DNA from: Nostoc sp.
Lineage (GTDB): Bacteria > Cyanobacteriota > Cyanobacteriia > Cyanobacteriales > Nostocaceae
Direction of reading: 5' to 3'
Length of the DNA: 64,000 nucleotides
Assembly (NCBI RefSeq): GCF_036917395.1
Contig: NZ_JBALDI010000011.1
Location: 15,446 to 79,445, forward strand
Part shown: piece after piece, positions 10,282 to 20,922 of the stretch
Position numbering within the stretch: the first letter of the stretch is position 1
How the letters are laid out: the number at the start of each line of letters is the position of its first letter
The notes under the pieces: generated by a model
The model's input: the letters and a program-made list of their open reading frames with translations, nothing else
Databases searched by the model: none
Told to the model about the DNA's origin: nothing
Position numbers and translations under genes: made by a program

Positions 10282-11274
10282 TCAGACTAACATAGAAGCG
10301 ATCGCCACAGCCCCCCACAAAGGCGCATCATCACCTAGTACCGCCGGCACAATTTCAAAATCAATTTCCGGCAAAGCTGTCTCCCGCGCCACTTGACGCA
10401 TCACCTGCCAGAAATCCTCCCCCGCCTTCGTTACACCGCCTCCCAACACAAAGCGCTGTGGATTCATCAGGTTCGCCACATTACCAATACCTACACCCAG
10501 CGCCCAAGCCGCCTCGTGCAAAACTTCCTTAGCCAAATCATCCCCAGCCACCGCAGCTTCACTTACCAATTGCCCTGTCAATAATGTTAAATTATCCCCC
10601 ACCAAACCCCTCAAAACTTCCCCATCTCTGAGTCCTTTGCGCCTCTGCGGTACCCTCCGGGAAGCCGCTGGTGCGTCTACGTTATCCAAAATTTCCCTAG
10701 CATTTTGCGCCATATAAGGCCCAGAAGCCAAACGTTCCACACATCCCCGCTTGCCACATAAGCAAACTGGCCCAGCAGGATCTACAACCATGTGTCCAAT
10801 TTCGCCAGCCATTCCACCAGCACCCCGCCAAGGTTTACCGTTGAGTATCCAACCACCACCCACACCAGTGCTGACAGTGATGTAAAACAAACTATCGTAT
10901 CCCTGTCCCGCACCAAAACGATGTTCTCCCAAAGCAGCAACGTTAGCATCGTTGTCCACGCCCACAAAAATACCAAACTCCTCCTCCAACAACGCTTTGA
11001 GGGGAATGTTTTCCCATCCAGCGACATGATGAGATAGTCGCACCGTCCCCGTAGAAGCGTCTACTGGCCCACCAAAGCTGACACCGATCGCAGCAGGTTT
11101 TGTGTCTTCCAGCAAAGAGTAAATGAGCGATCGCATAATTTCCAAGTCAGTACTAGCATTTGCATTCGCTGGCGAGAGACGACGTTCATAACGCAACCAC
11201 TTTCTAGAACCGATATTTACCAATGCTGCCGCCAGCTTAGTTCCGCCAAAATCGAGAGCTAAAATTAATGTCAT
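10282..11274 (-). CDS. ROK family sugar kinase
   Basis: LDFGGTK, DNDANVAALGE, GEIGH and CxCGxxGCVE zinc motif. Confidence 0.93.
   Translation of the reverse strand: MTLILALDFGGTKLAAALVNIGSRKWLRYERRLSPANANASTDLEIMRSLIYSLLEDTKPAAIGVSFGGPVDASTGTVRLSHHVAGWENIPLKALLEEEFGIFVGVDNDANVAALGEHRFGAGQGYDSLFYITVSTGVGGGWILNGKPWRGAGGMAGEIGHMVVDPAGPVCLCGKRGCVERLASGPYMAQNAREILDNVDAPAASRRVPQRRKGLRDGEVLRGLVGDNLTLLTGQLVSEAAVAGDDLAKEVLHEAAWALGVGIGNVANLMNPQRFVLGGGVTKAGEDFWQVMRQVARETALPEIDFEIVPAVLGDDAPLWGAVAIASMLV
10651..10680 (-). repeat. SDR-type dispersed repeat embedded in frame in the ROK gene
   Basis: GTAGACGCACCAGCGGCTTCCCGGAGGGTA (30 nt) encodes VDAPAASRRV; resembles a Nostoc dispersed repeat family. Confidence 0.55.
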
Positions 11275-11385
11275 AGTTTTTAATACCTCTTTTGAATTAT
11301 TACAATACGTGGTTTATTTCTCAAGAAAGATGTTTGCAAGCAAAAGAAATTCAACACTAAAGAAAACTAGATCATTTAGCAACTT

Positions 11386-11607
11386 ATGACTCCCGATCAA
11401 CCCAATCCACTTATAGATTTCTCTCACGCCAAAGAACCTCCTCGCTCTCTTGATACGAATAAAGCTCAAGAAGCAGATCCCATTGAACCAGACGAAGTTA
11501 GTGGACAGAGTAAGCAAAACCCCACTCCTGATGATTTTAATCGCCAAGATGAAGATCCCAGAATTGGGGGTAGTCAAATAATTAGTGGCAATATTTCAGC
11601 TGGTTAA
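11386..11607 (+). CDS. Small acidic, probably disordered hypothetical protein
   Basis: 73-aa ORF rich in D/E/P/Q filling the gap between two minus-strand genes. Confidence 0.5.
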   Translation: MTPDQPNPLIDFSHAKEPPRSLDTNKAQEADPIEPDEVSGQSKQNPTPDDFNRQDEDPRIGGSQIISGNISAG

Positions 11608-11625
11608 ATAATTGCCATTACTAAG

Positions 11626-12378
11626 TTACTCACCTCTTTGGGAGTTAAGTACTCCATCAATAAACTGTTGTAATCGTTCATAATGCGAACCTTTCCAATA
11701 AATGCGATCGCAGTCTTGACAACGCTGGAATTGATCAATCTGCGATCGGACATTTTCTGGCACTTGGTCAATGATCGATTGCTTATCTACAGATTCTAAT
11801 AACCCATTGCAACGCAAACACCGTTTAAATGGTGAGATTAATTTAAACAAGTCGAAGCGTTGCAGTACTTCTATGATTTGTTGTTGAGGGTTAGTGTTTC
11901 TAACGTAATACCCATGCGTTACCAAACTACGCATCAATAGACCTTTATCACGAGTCAAGAGAATCCGCGCTTGGCTGGAGGATATTTGGGCTAAATTTTC
12001 ATCCTCATAGTCATTGCGGTATAAAGTATCAAAGCCTAAAAGTCGTAGAGATGTCGCTAGTTTACCTAAATGAATATCTAAAACAAAACGGATAATATTG
12101 AGCGGTTTTGGTAGAACCGAAACGCTTGGTATAATAACACCCCTAGCTGAAATTGGATAAACATTAATTGTATCTCCATCCGAAACTATGTAAGAAAAAT
12201 TTACATATTCACCATTAACATTTATAAAATTAACTTCTGGATGAGGGACACCCAAAGACTCAATCATGTCCTTAATTGAGGCTTTCTCCTCAAAAAAATG
12301 GGAGATTCTCACTTGCTTGTGATGCCGTGGTAAAAAATGATTCAATTCTGCATGAAAATAGAAATATGCGATCGCCAT
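11626..12378 (-). CDS. Mut7-C ubiquitin-like/RNase (PIN) domain protein
   Basis: ubiquitin-like IESLGVPHPEV, DIHLGKLATSLRLLGFD, LLTRD, RCLRCNG and CQDCDRIYWKGSH motifs; ATG at 12378. Confidence 0.9.
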   Translation of the reverse strand: MAIAYFYFHAELNHFLPRHHKQVRISHFFEEKASIKDMIESLGVPHPEVNFINVNGEYVNFSYIVSDGDTINVYPISARGVIIPSVSVLPKPLNIIRFVLDIHLGKLATSLRLLGFDTLYRNDYEDENLAQISSSQARILLTRDKGLLMRSLVTHGYYVRNTNPQQQIIEVLQRFDLFKLISPFKRCLRCNGLLESVDKQSIIDQVPENVRSQIDQFQRCQDCDRIYWKGSHYERLQQFIDGVLNSQRGE

Positions 12379-12812
12379 AGCCAGAGATATTTGGATTAGT
12401 AGGGTAGCACAGGTGTGTACCCCTACTGGCAACAATTTTTCACAATTGCTAAACTTTATCTATTGTATTGAAAGAATCAATGCTTACTCAAGTGAGCTAT
12501 CTCCACTATAAAATGCCTGTTAACCTTGATTTAACTAACCTTCTAAAGGCGACAAAGTATAAAGAAATTATAAAGATTCTCAAATACTTGCATTTATTAT
12601 TGAGTTCAGTTACAGTCAAAGCAGATGGATATAATCAAACCCTGACATGAGCTTCAGGAAGTTAGATTAGGTAAAAGTGTAAAATAACAGGTTTGTTAAT
12701 GTTGATGTCAGTGACGCTGCTAATAATTAGTCACTAGTTTTGAACATTAATTTATGAGGCATGAAGTACGGGGCACTAAAGCATTTACCCCTAACTTAAT
12801 TGTTTTTATTTT

Positions 12813-12841
12813 TTCTCAAATAATTGAGAATAATTTGCAAT
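12813..12841. promoter_or_regulatory. Candidate Fur-type operator (overlapping inverted repeats)
   Basis: TTCTCAA-N4-TTGAGAA (12813-12830) overlaps ATTGAGAAT-A-ATTTGCAAT (12823-12841), upstream of a sucrase-ferredoxin gene. Confidence 0.35.
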
Positions 12842-13484
12842 ATAGATATATCGATAAATAGATTAAAAGGAGAAGTGGGAAAAAGTTTTAAAACATTTTT
12901 GGGCTGCCAAAGGATACTATTTTTGTCATGCATTATAGCATCTATCTTTAGGAATATATTCATCACAAAAACAGGAGAAAATTAGAGATTTATGTGTAAA
13001 AACAGGCACTTTAACTTGCTATGTAGATAATTTCAGCAAAACTTCAGATAACTATATTGCTATAGGAATATTTTTGATTGTAATATCAGCTACATCGATA
13101 TTATAAGCGAGTTTATTGCCTATTACTCTCCAAGGGATTGCACAAAATTGAACACATTTGATTTTGGGAAAGAAACCAAGTTCAGTAAAGCCGAGTTTCA
13201 ACAAGTGAAAATTTATAAAATACCAAATAGCAATAAAACTACATACAAAATTAACACTGCTCATACGGAAAAATCTATCTTGACACTGTTTATCTTTATT
13301 GTGGAGAATTTATTAACCGGAAAGACCTTGAGCAATAATGATGTTATTAAGTGGCTACCTAGTTTTAATTAGGAAATCAATATTGTTCTTTTTTATCTCC
13401 TTTAGCTAAGGGTATTGTAGCTAAGAACATAATTGTATTTTGTAATACCTTTTGTCCAGAAAATATGCTAATGAGTACAGCGAG

Positions 13485-14462
13485 ATGAATACTTTTTTTT
13501 GTTCTGACCATTCACAGCAAGCGGGAGAAGATGTTATTGGTAGCGCCACTAATTATCAAACTTATATTTTAGTTGAATGTCCTTTACCTTGGACATCAGA
13601 AGCCTTTAATTCCAAATGGGTGCCTGAGAATTTGAGGATTTTGGTAAAGGAAGTGAAGCGTGCTAAACTACCGATTAGATTCCTCTTAATTGCTAATGAT
13701 GTATCACACAAAGTAAACTACACTACGCTTTTGATTTATCAAAAAGAAGAGGGGCTAAGTAATGGATACCATAAGCAAGAGTTTAAGCTAGCAAATATTG
13801 AGCAAGTAGCAGCAGTTGTCCAAAAATGGTTATGGGGTATCAATTCTAATTCTGAGGTAGAAACCAGTGCAACTAAAGATATTTTAGTGTGTACCCACGG
13901 TAGCCATGATAAGTGCTGTGCTAGATATGGCGCTCCCTTTTATTTCAATATTACAGCGAGTAATCCTGATTTGTGCTTGGACAAAGTGCGAGTTTGGAAA
14001 TCATCGCACTTTGGTGGACATCGGTTTGCACCAACAGTCATAGACTTGCCAGAAGGAAGATACTATGGTCGTATCGATCAAGATTCATTTAGAGCAATTT
14101 TGACTCGCACTGGCGATATTCAATGCTTAAATAAAGTCTATCGAGGCTGGGGAATTCTGCCTGCTGCACTTCAGATTTTGGAAAGAGAACTAATCCTCTG
14201 CAATGGATGGGATTGGTTTAACTACAAAGTTGCAGGCAAAATTTTGGAGCAAAGTTTAGACAATAATACTATTCTGGGTGAGCTAAGTTTTGAACAACCT
14301 TCTGGTTCTCTTTACACTTACCAGGCTAAACTTGTAAAAGATGAAACTAAGACTCAACAACTGAAAAGTTCATGCAATGCTACACAAGAGTTGGTCGTCA
14401 CTAAATATGCTGTAGCTAGTCTTTGGCTTAGTTCTAGTAAGGTGATGAGTTATAGTGCATAA
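13485..14462 (+). CDS. Sucrase/ferredoxin-like family protein
   Basis: LVCTHGSHDKCCARYG and SSHFGGHRFAPT motifs. Confidence 0.9.
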   Translation: MNTFFCSDHSQQAGEDVIGSATNYQTYILVECPLPWTSEAFNSKWVPENLRILVKEVKRAKLPIRFLLIANDVSHKVNYTTLLIYQKEEGLSNGYHKQEFKLANIEQVAAVVQKWLWGINSNSEVETSATKDILVCTHGSHDKCCARYGAPFYFNITASNPDLCLDKVRVWKSSHFGGHRFAPTVIDLPEGRYYGRIDQDSFRAILTRTGDIQCLNKVYRGWGILPAALQILERELILCNGWDWFNYKVAGKILEQSLDNNTILGELSFEQPSGSLYTYQAKLVKDETKTQQLKSSCNATQELVVTKYAVASLWLSSSKVMSYSA

Positions 14463-14685
14463 AAAGCTAGGGGTATGCATCTACCTAATTTGTAATTTGT
14501 AATTTGTAATGACGCTCTCGATGAGACGCTGCGTGTAACTTACTTCCCCGTAGTGGTACGCAGACTCGCTAACGTAATTAAGAAAGTCAGTCAGATTTCA
14601 TCTGGGTTTCCAGGCTTGTATCTGTAGTCTGATTTTGGAAAATTAGTATAACTCCTCACTTAAAAGCCAAATTCCAAATCCAAAA

Positions 14686-16281
14686 TCAAGATTGAGCCAT
14701 ATTTAGCACTTTTCGTAATAGTACTTGGTCTTCTAATTTGGCTTTTAAACGACCATTTTCAATATCTCGAATCCAGCTTTGGCTTTTACCTGTAAGCTTT
14801 GCCAACTCTCTCTGGGAGAGATTCAAACTTTTTCGCGCCTGCAAAATCTGTTCACCCAACAAATCGTTTGTAGCTTTGGGCTTCCTTTTGGCTTTAGCAG
14901 TTCTTGTTTTCTTTTTTTCTGATTCTGAGATTTGCTGTTCCCACTCTGGTGGGAGTTCAAAAGCCAAAATCCGCGCATTCATGAGCAGATTCCATTTACC
15001 ACGGGGGCCTGTGTCTGTGAGGCGAGTTTCAGCACCACCGTCATTAGTCCAAAATTCTAATGCTTCATCTGGATCTTCAGGAAGATCAACTAACTTTGCC
15101 CACAAAGGTTGAATTTCTAGTGGGTAAGTAACTGGGTCGAAAAGTGGTTTCATTCCATAATGATTGAGAATTTCCAAATCGCTTTCAAAAGTTCGCAGTA
15201 GACGTTTGCGTTCTTCCCGTTGTCTGGATGCAAGGGCGACTTTTTCTTCACCGTAAGCAATACGCAGCAAGGTAGGAATAGTAATGCGTTGTTCTTTGCC
15301 CATTTTGGTTTTAAACAGCAACCACAGCATTAGTCGGACTGCACCTTCATGTTGCTGCCAAATGCTCATGACTGTGGTAAGCAGCGTTTTGGGGAGAGTA
15401 CCGTATTGATAGAATGCAGTTCGCTCTTTACATGCTTGTTTGTTTAAGAAATATTGTGCCCATACGCCTGCTTTGACTTTAAAAGTTAGCCCAATCAGAT
15501 ATTTACATCCAAGATTGTCTTCTTGAAAGTGGTGCTGAATATCCACTAAGTGCCATAAGCGGCTGTTTGTAACAGAGAATCCGTTAATTCGACCTTGTTG
15601 GGGCCAGTCAATGGAGATGATCAAAGAGCAAGCTTGCTGAACGATATTTTTCATTAAAGCTAGCTTGGCAGCTTTGCTCAAGTCTTTGCGTTTCTCCATC
15701 CCCAAATATTTCTCAATTTGTCGCTCATCGATCGCAAATTCTTGCTCCCAAGGTTGCTCTAAGGCTGTAGCATAAGCTGCAAAAATTAGATGTATGCAAG
15801 CGGCTCTGATGTCAAGCCCCTCAACTGCTGCTATATCTGTGGCTTTGTCGTTAACTTTAAATGGATCTTGAATGTGAAAAGCGATCGCACCTCTACCTTG
15901 GTTTACTTGTCGGCTGTAACATAGATAGCCGTCTTCATCAGTTTCCCAATGCAGCGATGTGCGTTGTGCCAATACATTACACGCTTCCCAAATTGCGATC
16001 GCTGAAGCAAATGGATTATTCTTACCGTTAGAAAACAAGTCTAAGCTGGTAGCATCTCTTGGTTCAACTTTGCATCTTCCCTTTTTCGCCTGCCAAGGAA
16101 TGGGAGAATTCGTTGGACAAGCTATTACACATTGCGGTTCTGAATAATAGCCCTCACAATTATTACAAAGACCAGGATCAACCCAGTATTCATTGTCCTC
16201 TATTCTGATTGCACCCGTAGGACATTGGGGGCGGCAGTTGTCACATCCAACGCAACTGTTGTTAGGAATTGTATAAGGCAT
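14686..16281 (-). CDS. cnfR: nif master transcriptional activator CnfR (PatB)
   Basis: N-terminal 2x[4Fe-4S] motifs (CVGCDNCRPQC, CNNC...C) and C-terminal XRE HTH (LSQRELAKLTGKSQSWIRDIENGR); divergent from fdxB. Confidence 0.92.
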   Translation of the reverse strand: MPYTIPNNSCVGCDNCRPQCPTGAIRIEDNEYWVDPGLCNNCEGYYSEPQCVIACPTNSPIPWQAKKGRCKVEPRDATSLDLFSNGKNNPFASAIAIWEACNVLAQRTSLHWETDEDGYLCYSRQVNQGRGAIAFHIQDPFKVNDKATDIAAVEGLDIRAACIHLIFAAYATALEQPWEQEFAIDERQIEKYLGMEKRKDLSKAAKLALMKNIVQQACSLIISIDWPQQGRINGFSVTNSRLWHLVDIQHHFQEDNLGCKYLIGLTFKVKAGVWAQYFLNKQACKERTAFYQYGTLPKTLLTTVMSIWQQHEGAVRLMLWLLFKTKMGKEQRITIPTLLRIAYGEEKVALASRQREERKRLLRTFESDLEILNHYGMKPLFDPVTYPLEIQPLWAKLVDLPEDPDEALEFWTNDGGAETRLTDTGPRGKWNLLMNARILAFELPPEWEQQISESEKKKTRTAKAKRKPKATNDLLGEQILQARKSLNLSQRELAKLTGKSQSWIRDIENGRLKAKLEDQVLLRKVLNMAQS

Positions 16282-17347
16282 TTGGCTCTTTTCCCACTCT
16301 AATCGTTGAGATGTCTGGCTCAGGTCTCCCCTGGATGAGTCCTGTTTATTCATGACTCGCTACCACATTGTCTTTATGGTGAGAATAATCTTTTCTCACC
16401 ACATTCACTCCCCACATCCATATTTTTACTTCACATCCAATTGGAAGCTATTTAAGGCTTTTAAACCGAGCCTGAGAATACTTCTTTATTAACTATACAT
16501 TTCATGAAAATAATGATTAATTTGTTCGTGTCGAGCCTAGAAAAATATCTTAACATTTATTTAATTACGTATTTAATGAACATTTTAGCTTTAACCATAA
16601 AGTATTTTTAGGACATATCTAAGCCTGTAAAAATTGGAATTGATCGGATTTATTAATAATTTTAATATTTAATGCATGATACTATTCTGCCATCAAATTT
16701 ACAGTTTCTTCATAAATAGATTATATTTCTTCATGTAAAAACTAGTATTTATTTTGTCATCATTTATCTAAATAATTGAATCAAAAGTAAATTGAAAATT
16801 GTTGCTTTATCAAATACATATTGCAGATATCAAATTGTAACTAATGAACATCTAAAATTGTATATTTATATACTATTCTTATATATTTATTTGTCTAAAT
16901 ATAAAAATTGTTGAAAAAGAATATTATCAATCTTGTAGATATAGTTATATTTCCTGTAAATAATAAAACTGCATCTACACGAGGCTTTACCCACTGAGGT
17001 AGGTTTCAAACCCTCGATTCATCCTTCTGGAGTTAATCTGCTCTACATGGAAATGTCTGATTAGGGTCTGCTACCTCAAGTTAGATATTGAGTTATAGAC
17101 TTGATGAATACGTTCATCTGCTTTGCATAGAAACGAGTAAAACTGCTATAGATACTAAAGACTTATAATAATTATTGGCAATAATTTTCATCTATTCTCT
17201 GAAAAAAAGTAATTTATCATTGTGTTCAAAATCATCGAAATTTAATGAGATAAAAGTAAATTTTGAATATTAAAAAATAAAATATTAGGATAATATGATG
17301 ATTAATGCACAAACAGATTGATAGGCAAAAAGGCCGAGGATTTATTC

Positions 17348-17641
17348 ATGGCGCAACTAACAGGTTTGACATTTGGCGGCAAGACTTGGACACCAAAATT
17401 TGCTCAAGAAATTGACAAAGAAAAATGTATCGGCTGTGGCAGATGCGTTAAAGTATGCGGGTACAATGTGCTAGGTTTGAAGGCACTGAATGAAGAAGGC
17501 GAATTTGTAGAAGATGAAGATGAAGAAGAAGTTGAACGGAAAGTAATGGCAGTTACTTCTCCAGAGAACTGTATTGGTTGTGAAGCGTGTTCACGGATTT
17601 GTCCGAAGAACTGCTACACCCATGTTGAATTAAAGAATTAA
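17348..17641 (+). CDS. fdxB: Ferredoxin III, nif-specific 2[4Fe-4S]
   Basis: [11 protein letters not shown] and [11 protein letters not shown] motifs with acidic linker. Confidence 0.92.
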   Translation: MAQLTGLTFGGKTWTPKFAQEIDKEKCIGCGRCVKVCGYNVLGLKALNEEGEFVEDEDEEEVERKVMAVTSPENCIGCEACSRICPKNCYTHVELKN

Positions 17642-17937
17642 GGTTTTTGGAGTTAGTCAAAATTGTTGTTAATTCAAGGAGGCACTGTTTGTAGAAAGCG
17701 CAAATAGGCTAGGCAAGGTAACTTGAGGGGAATACTAAATATTTACCGGAACTAATAAATAGTTCACAGGAAACAAATCCGTAAATCACAAAATGTCAGC
17801 TATTAACAAATTTAAACTTGCTGCTAATATAGCCTAATCAATATTAGGTCTAACAGTGCCCTCTTGGAACAACTAGCTTTTATGAAAGCAGGGGGCTAAC
17901 TTTTTCATAGGAGTTGAAATATAATTTGTAATTTTAT

Positions 17938-17981
17938 GGGGGAAAGATATGGAAAAAATCTGGAAGTTTCCCCCTTTTTTT
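17938..17981 (+). terminator. Possible intrinsic terminator between fdxB and coxB
   Basis: GGGGGAAA...TTTCCCCC 8-bp stem (long loop) followed by T7. Confidence 0.35.
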
Positions 17982-18019
17982 ATGGCTGCACGTTAGAAAG
18001 TTAATAAGTGAAAAGGGAA

Positions 18020-18058
18020 TAGGGAATGGGGAATAGGGAATAGGGAATGGGGAATAGA
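18020..18058. repeat. STRR heptamer tract (GGGAATA/GGGAATG)
   Basis: About six tandem heptamers upstream of coxB. Confidence 0.8.
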
Positions 18059-18132
18059 TAAGGATGCCCAGCGCCTAAATACCTAATACCAGAAAATCAC
18101 ACCTTTAAAGACTGTTTACACAGGTAGCATGT

Positions 18133-19113
18133 ATGGAACAAGTTCCTGTTTCACTATGGACTCTGGTTGCTGGGATAGTAGTTACAGCAATCAGTATTTG
18201 GATTGGTCAGAATCACACTCTGATGCCGGTGCAAGCATCGTTACAAGCGCCTTTGGTAGACGGTTTTTTCAACGTCATGTTTACCATTGCGATCGCACTC
18301 TTCTTGGTGGTTGAAGGAACAATTGTAGTTTTTTTGATTCAGTTTCGTCACCGTCGGGGTGACGATACCGATGGCGTGCCAATAGAAGGTAACTTGCCCT
18401 TAGAAGTCTTTTGGACAGCAATTCCAACAGTGATTGTCCTCCTCTTGGGCATCTACAGTGTAGATGTTTTTAACCGAATGGGAGGCTTTGATCCTGCGGG
18501 TCATCCTCATTCGGCAGCTCATGTTGCTCAGATGCCGGGGAGTGCGATAGCTGCTACATTAAGCGATACCTCTGAAGCAACAATTGCCCCAACAATTGGT
18601 ATCGGTGCGTCTCCTCAAACCCTAAACAAACCAGCCGATTTAGTTGTTGATGTCAAAGGCATACAGTACGCCTGGTTATTTAACTACCCTGATAGTGGCA
18701 TTACCTCTGGGGAATTGCACATACCCGTTGGTGCTGATGTGCAACTCAACCTTTCTGCACAAGATGTAATTCACTCATTCTGGGTACCAAACTTCCGCCT
18801 GAAGCAAGATGCACTTCCTGGTATCCCGACTGAACTACGATTTGTCGCCACCAAACCAGGTACATATCCCGTAGTTTGTGCTGAGTTGTGCGGTGGTTAT
18901 CACGGTTCAATGCGGACACAGGTAATTGTCCACACACCAGAAGAATATAAAAGCTGGCGGACAGAAAACCAGATTGCTCAAAAGGAAAACTTAAATCAAG
19001 TCGTTGCAGTTAATCCAGCCGACTTATCAACATCAGAGTTTCTCGCGCCCCACACCCATGATATGGGAATTAGTGCAGCAACTCTAGAGTCAGTAGTCAT
19101 GAGACGCGATTAA
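18133..19113 (+). CDS. coxB: Cytochrome c oxidase subunit II (cox2-type, CuA)
   Basis: DVIHSFW and CAELCGGYHGSM CuA motif; position next to cnfR/fdxB is typical of the heterocyst cox2 operon. Confidence 0.95.
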   Translation: MEQVPVSLWTLVAGIVVTAISIWIGQNHTLMPVQASLQAPLVDGFFNVMFTIAIALFLVVEGTIVVFLIQFRHRRGDDTDGVPIEGNLPLEVFWTAIPTVIVLLLGIYSVDVFNRMGGFDPAGHPHSAAHVAQMPGSAIAATLSDTSEATIAPTIGIGASPQTLNKPADLVVDVKGIQYAWLFNYPDSGITSGELHIPVGADVQLNLSAQDVIHSFWVPNFRLKQDALPGIPTELRFVATKPGTYPVVCAELCGGYHGSMRTQVIVHTPEEYKSWRTENQIAQKENLNQVVAVNPADLSTSEFLAPHTHDMGISAATLESVVMRRD

Positions 19114-19121
19114 TCGCGTCT
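19102..19121. repeat. 20-bp palindromic dispersed repeat AGACGCGATTAATCGCGTCT
   Basis: Perfect palindrome; further copies at 58151-58248 and 63239-63258. Confidence 0.85.
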
Positions 19122-19170
19122 GTACAAGAGTCAAAAGTTTGACCCTGGACTTTGCATAACGGGAAAAAAT

Positions 19171-20859
19171 ATGACGCAGGTAGAATTTCCACGGAATACT
19201 CCACCAGAAGAAAATAAACCGAAAATGGTGGCTGGCCACACCTCTCATCCGCAGGCGTGGAAATGGCAAGACTATTTTACATTTAATGTTGACCACAAAG
19301 TTATTGGTATCCAATACCTAGTAACGGCGTTCGTGTTCTATCTCATCGGCGGACTGATGGCGATCGCTTTGCGGGTCGAATTAGCAACACCAGAGGCAGA
19401 CGTACTCGACCCCAATCTGTATAACGCTTTCATGACCAATCACGGGACGATTATGATCTTCCTGTGGATTGTCCCTAGCGCCATTGGGGGATTTGGTAAC
19501 TTTTTGGTGCCGTTGATGGTCGGTGCTAGGGATATGGCTTTCCCGAAGCTGAATGCGATCGCCTTTTGGTTAAATCCACCAGCAGGGGCGCTGATATTAG
19601 GTAGTTTCATCTTTGGCGGTTCGCAATCGGGTTGGACAGCTTACCCACCCTTGAGTTTGGTGACAGCACCAATCGCTCAAACTATGTGGATACTTGCGAT
19701 CGTTTTGGTGGGAACTTCCTCAATTTTGGGTTCGCTGAACTTTGTGATCACCATTTTGATGATGAAGGTTCCTAGCATGAAATGGGATCAAGTGCCCTTG
19801 TTTTGCTGGGCAATCTTGGCAACCTCCCTGCTAGCACTTCTCTCCACACCTGTATTAGCAGCCGGTTTAATTCTGCTGTTGTTTGACCTCAATTTTGGTA
19901 CTTCCTTCTTTAAACCAGATGCAGGCGGTAACGTTGTAATTTATCAACACTTATTCTGGTTTTATTCTCACCCGGCAGTATATTTAATGATTCTGCCCAT
20001 CTTCGGCATTATGTCCGAGGTAATTCCAGTTCACTCCCGCAAGCCAATCTTTGGTTATAAAGCGATCGCTTATTCTAGTGTAGCAATCTGCGCTGTCGGT
20101 CTGTTCGTCTGGGTACACCACATGTTTACCAGTGGCACACCTGGTTGGATGCGGATGTTCTTCACCATCTCCACTCTTATAGTTGCAGTTCCCACAGGCG
20201 TGAAGATTTTTGCCTGGGTTGCTACTCTCTGGGGTGGTAAAATCCGCTTCACCAGCGCGATGCTTTTCGCCATTGGCTTATTGTCCATGTTTGTCATGGG
20301 CGGCTTAAGCGGTGTGACGATGGGAACAGCCCCTTTTGATATTCACATCCACGACACATATTATGTTGTCGGACATTTCCACTACGTTCTGTTTGGCGGT
20401 TCCGTGTTTGGTATTTACGCCGGCATTTATCACTGGTTCCCCAAAATGACCGGACGAATGCTGAATGAAAGCTTGGGACGGATTCATTTCGCCCTCACTT
20501 TCATCGGCACTAATCTGACCTTTTTACCCATGCACGAGTTGGGTTTGCAAGGAATGCCGCGACGAGTGGCAATGTATGACCCCCAATTTATCGACCTCAA
20601 TAAAATTTGTACCTATGGTTCAATTGTTTTGGGGATATCGGTAATTCCCTTTGCCATCAATATTATCTATAGTTGGCTAAAGGGGCCCTTGGCAGGTGAT
20701 AATCCTTGGCAAGCTTTGACCTTAGAATGGACAACTAGCTCACCACCTGCAATTGAAAACTGGGAAGTGTTGCCGGTTGTAACTCATGGGCCTTATGACT
20801 ACGGTCATGGTCACAGTAATCAAATACAGCCATCTGCAACGCCGGAAGCTACTGCTTAG
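19171..20859 (+). CDS. coxA: Cytochrome c oxidase subunit I
   Basis: WFYSHPAVY, WVHHMF and HFHYV heme-copper ligands. Confidence 0.97.
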   Translation: MTQVEFPRNTPPEENKPKMVAGHTSHPQAWKWQDYFTFNVDHKVIGIQYLVTAFVFYLIGGLMAIALRVELATPEADVLDPNLYNAFMTNHGTIMIFLWIVPSAIGGFGNFLVPLMVGARDMAFPKLNAIAFWLNPPAGALILGSFIFGGSQSGWTAYPPLSLVTAPIAQTMWILAIVLVGTSSILGSLNFVITILMMKVPSMKWDQVPLFCWAILATSLLALLSTPVLAAGLILLLFDLNFGTSFFKPDAGGNVVIYQHLFWFYSHPAVYLMILPIFGIMSEVIPVHSRKPIFGYKAIAYSSVAICAVGLFVWVHHMFTSGTPGWMRMFFTISTLIVAVPTGVKIFAWVATLWGGKIRFTSAMLFAIGLLSMFVMGGLSGVTMGTAPFDIHIHDTYYVVGHFHYVLFGGSVFGIYAGIYHWFPKMTGRMLNESLGRIHFALTFIGTNLTFLPMHELGLQGMPRRVAMYDPQFIDLNKICTYGSIVLGISVIPFAINIIYSWLKGPLAGDNPWQALTLEWTTSSPPAIENWEVLPVVTHGPYDYGHGHSNQIQPSATPEATA

Positions 20860-20922
20860 TTAGTAGAGTGAGTGATGCGATCGCACTCAAGGTGACTGCA
20901 ATTTCTAGTCATTTGATTTGAG

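Noticed and set aside
14738-15112. Antisense ORFs over cnfR, hypD, nifN, nifE, nifK and others in the ORF track
   Set aside because: Shadows of well-supported genes on the opposite strand; no motifs.
17070-17080. GCTACCTCAAG shared upstream of fdxB (17070) and fdxH (54842) as a CnfR site
   Set aside because: An 11-mer match between two spacers of this size is plausible by chance, and the orientation relative to the genes differs.
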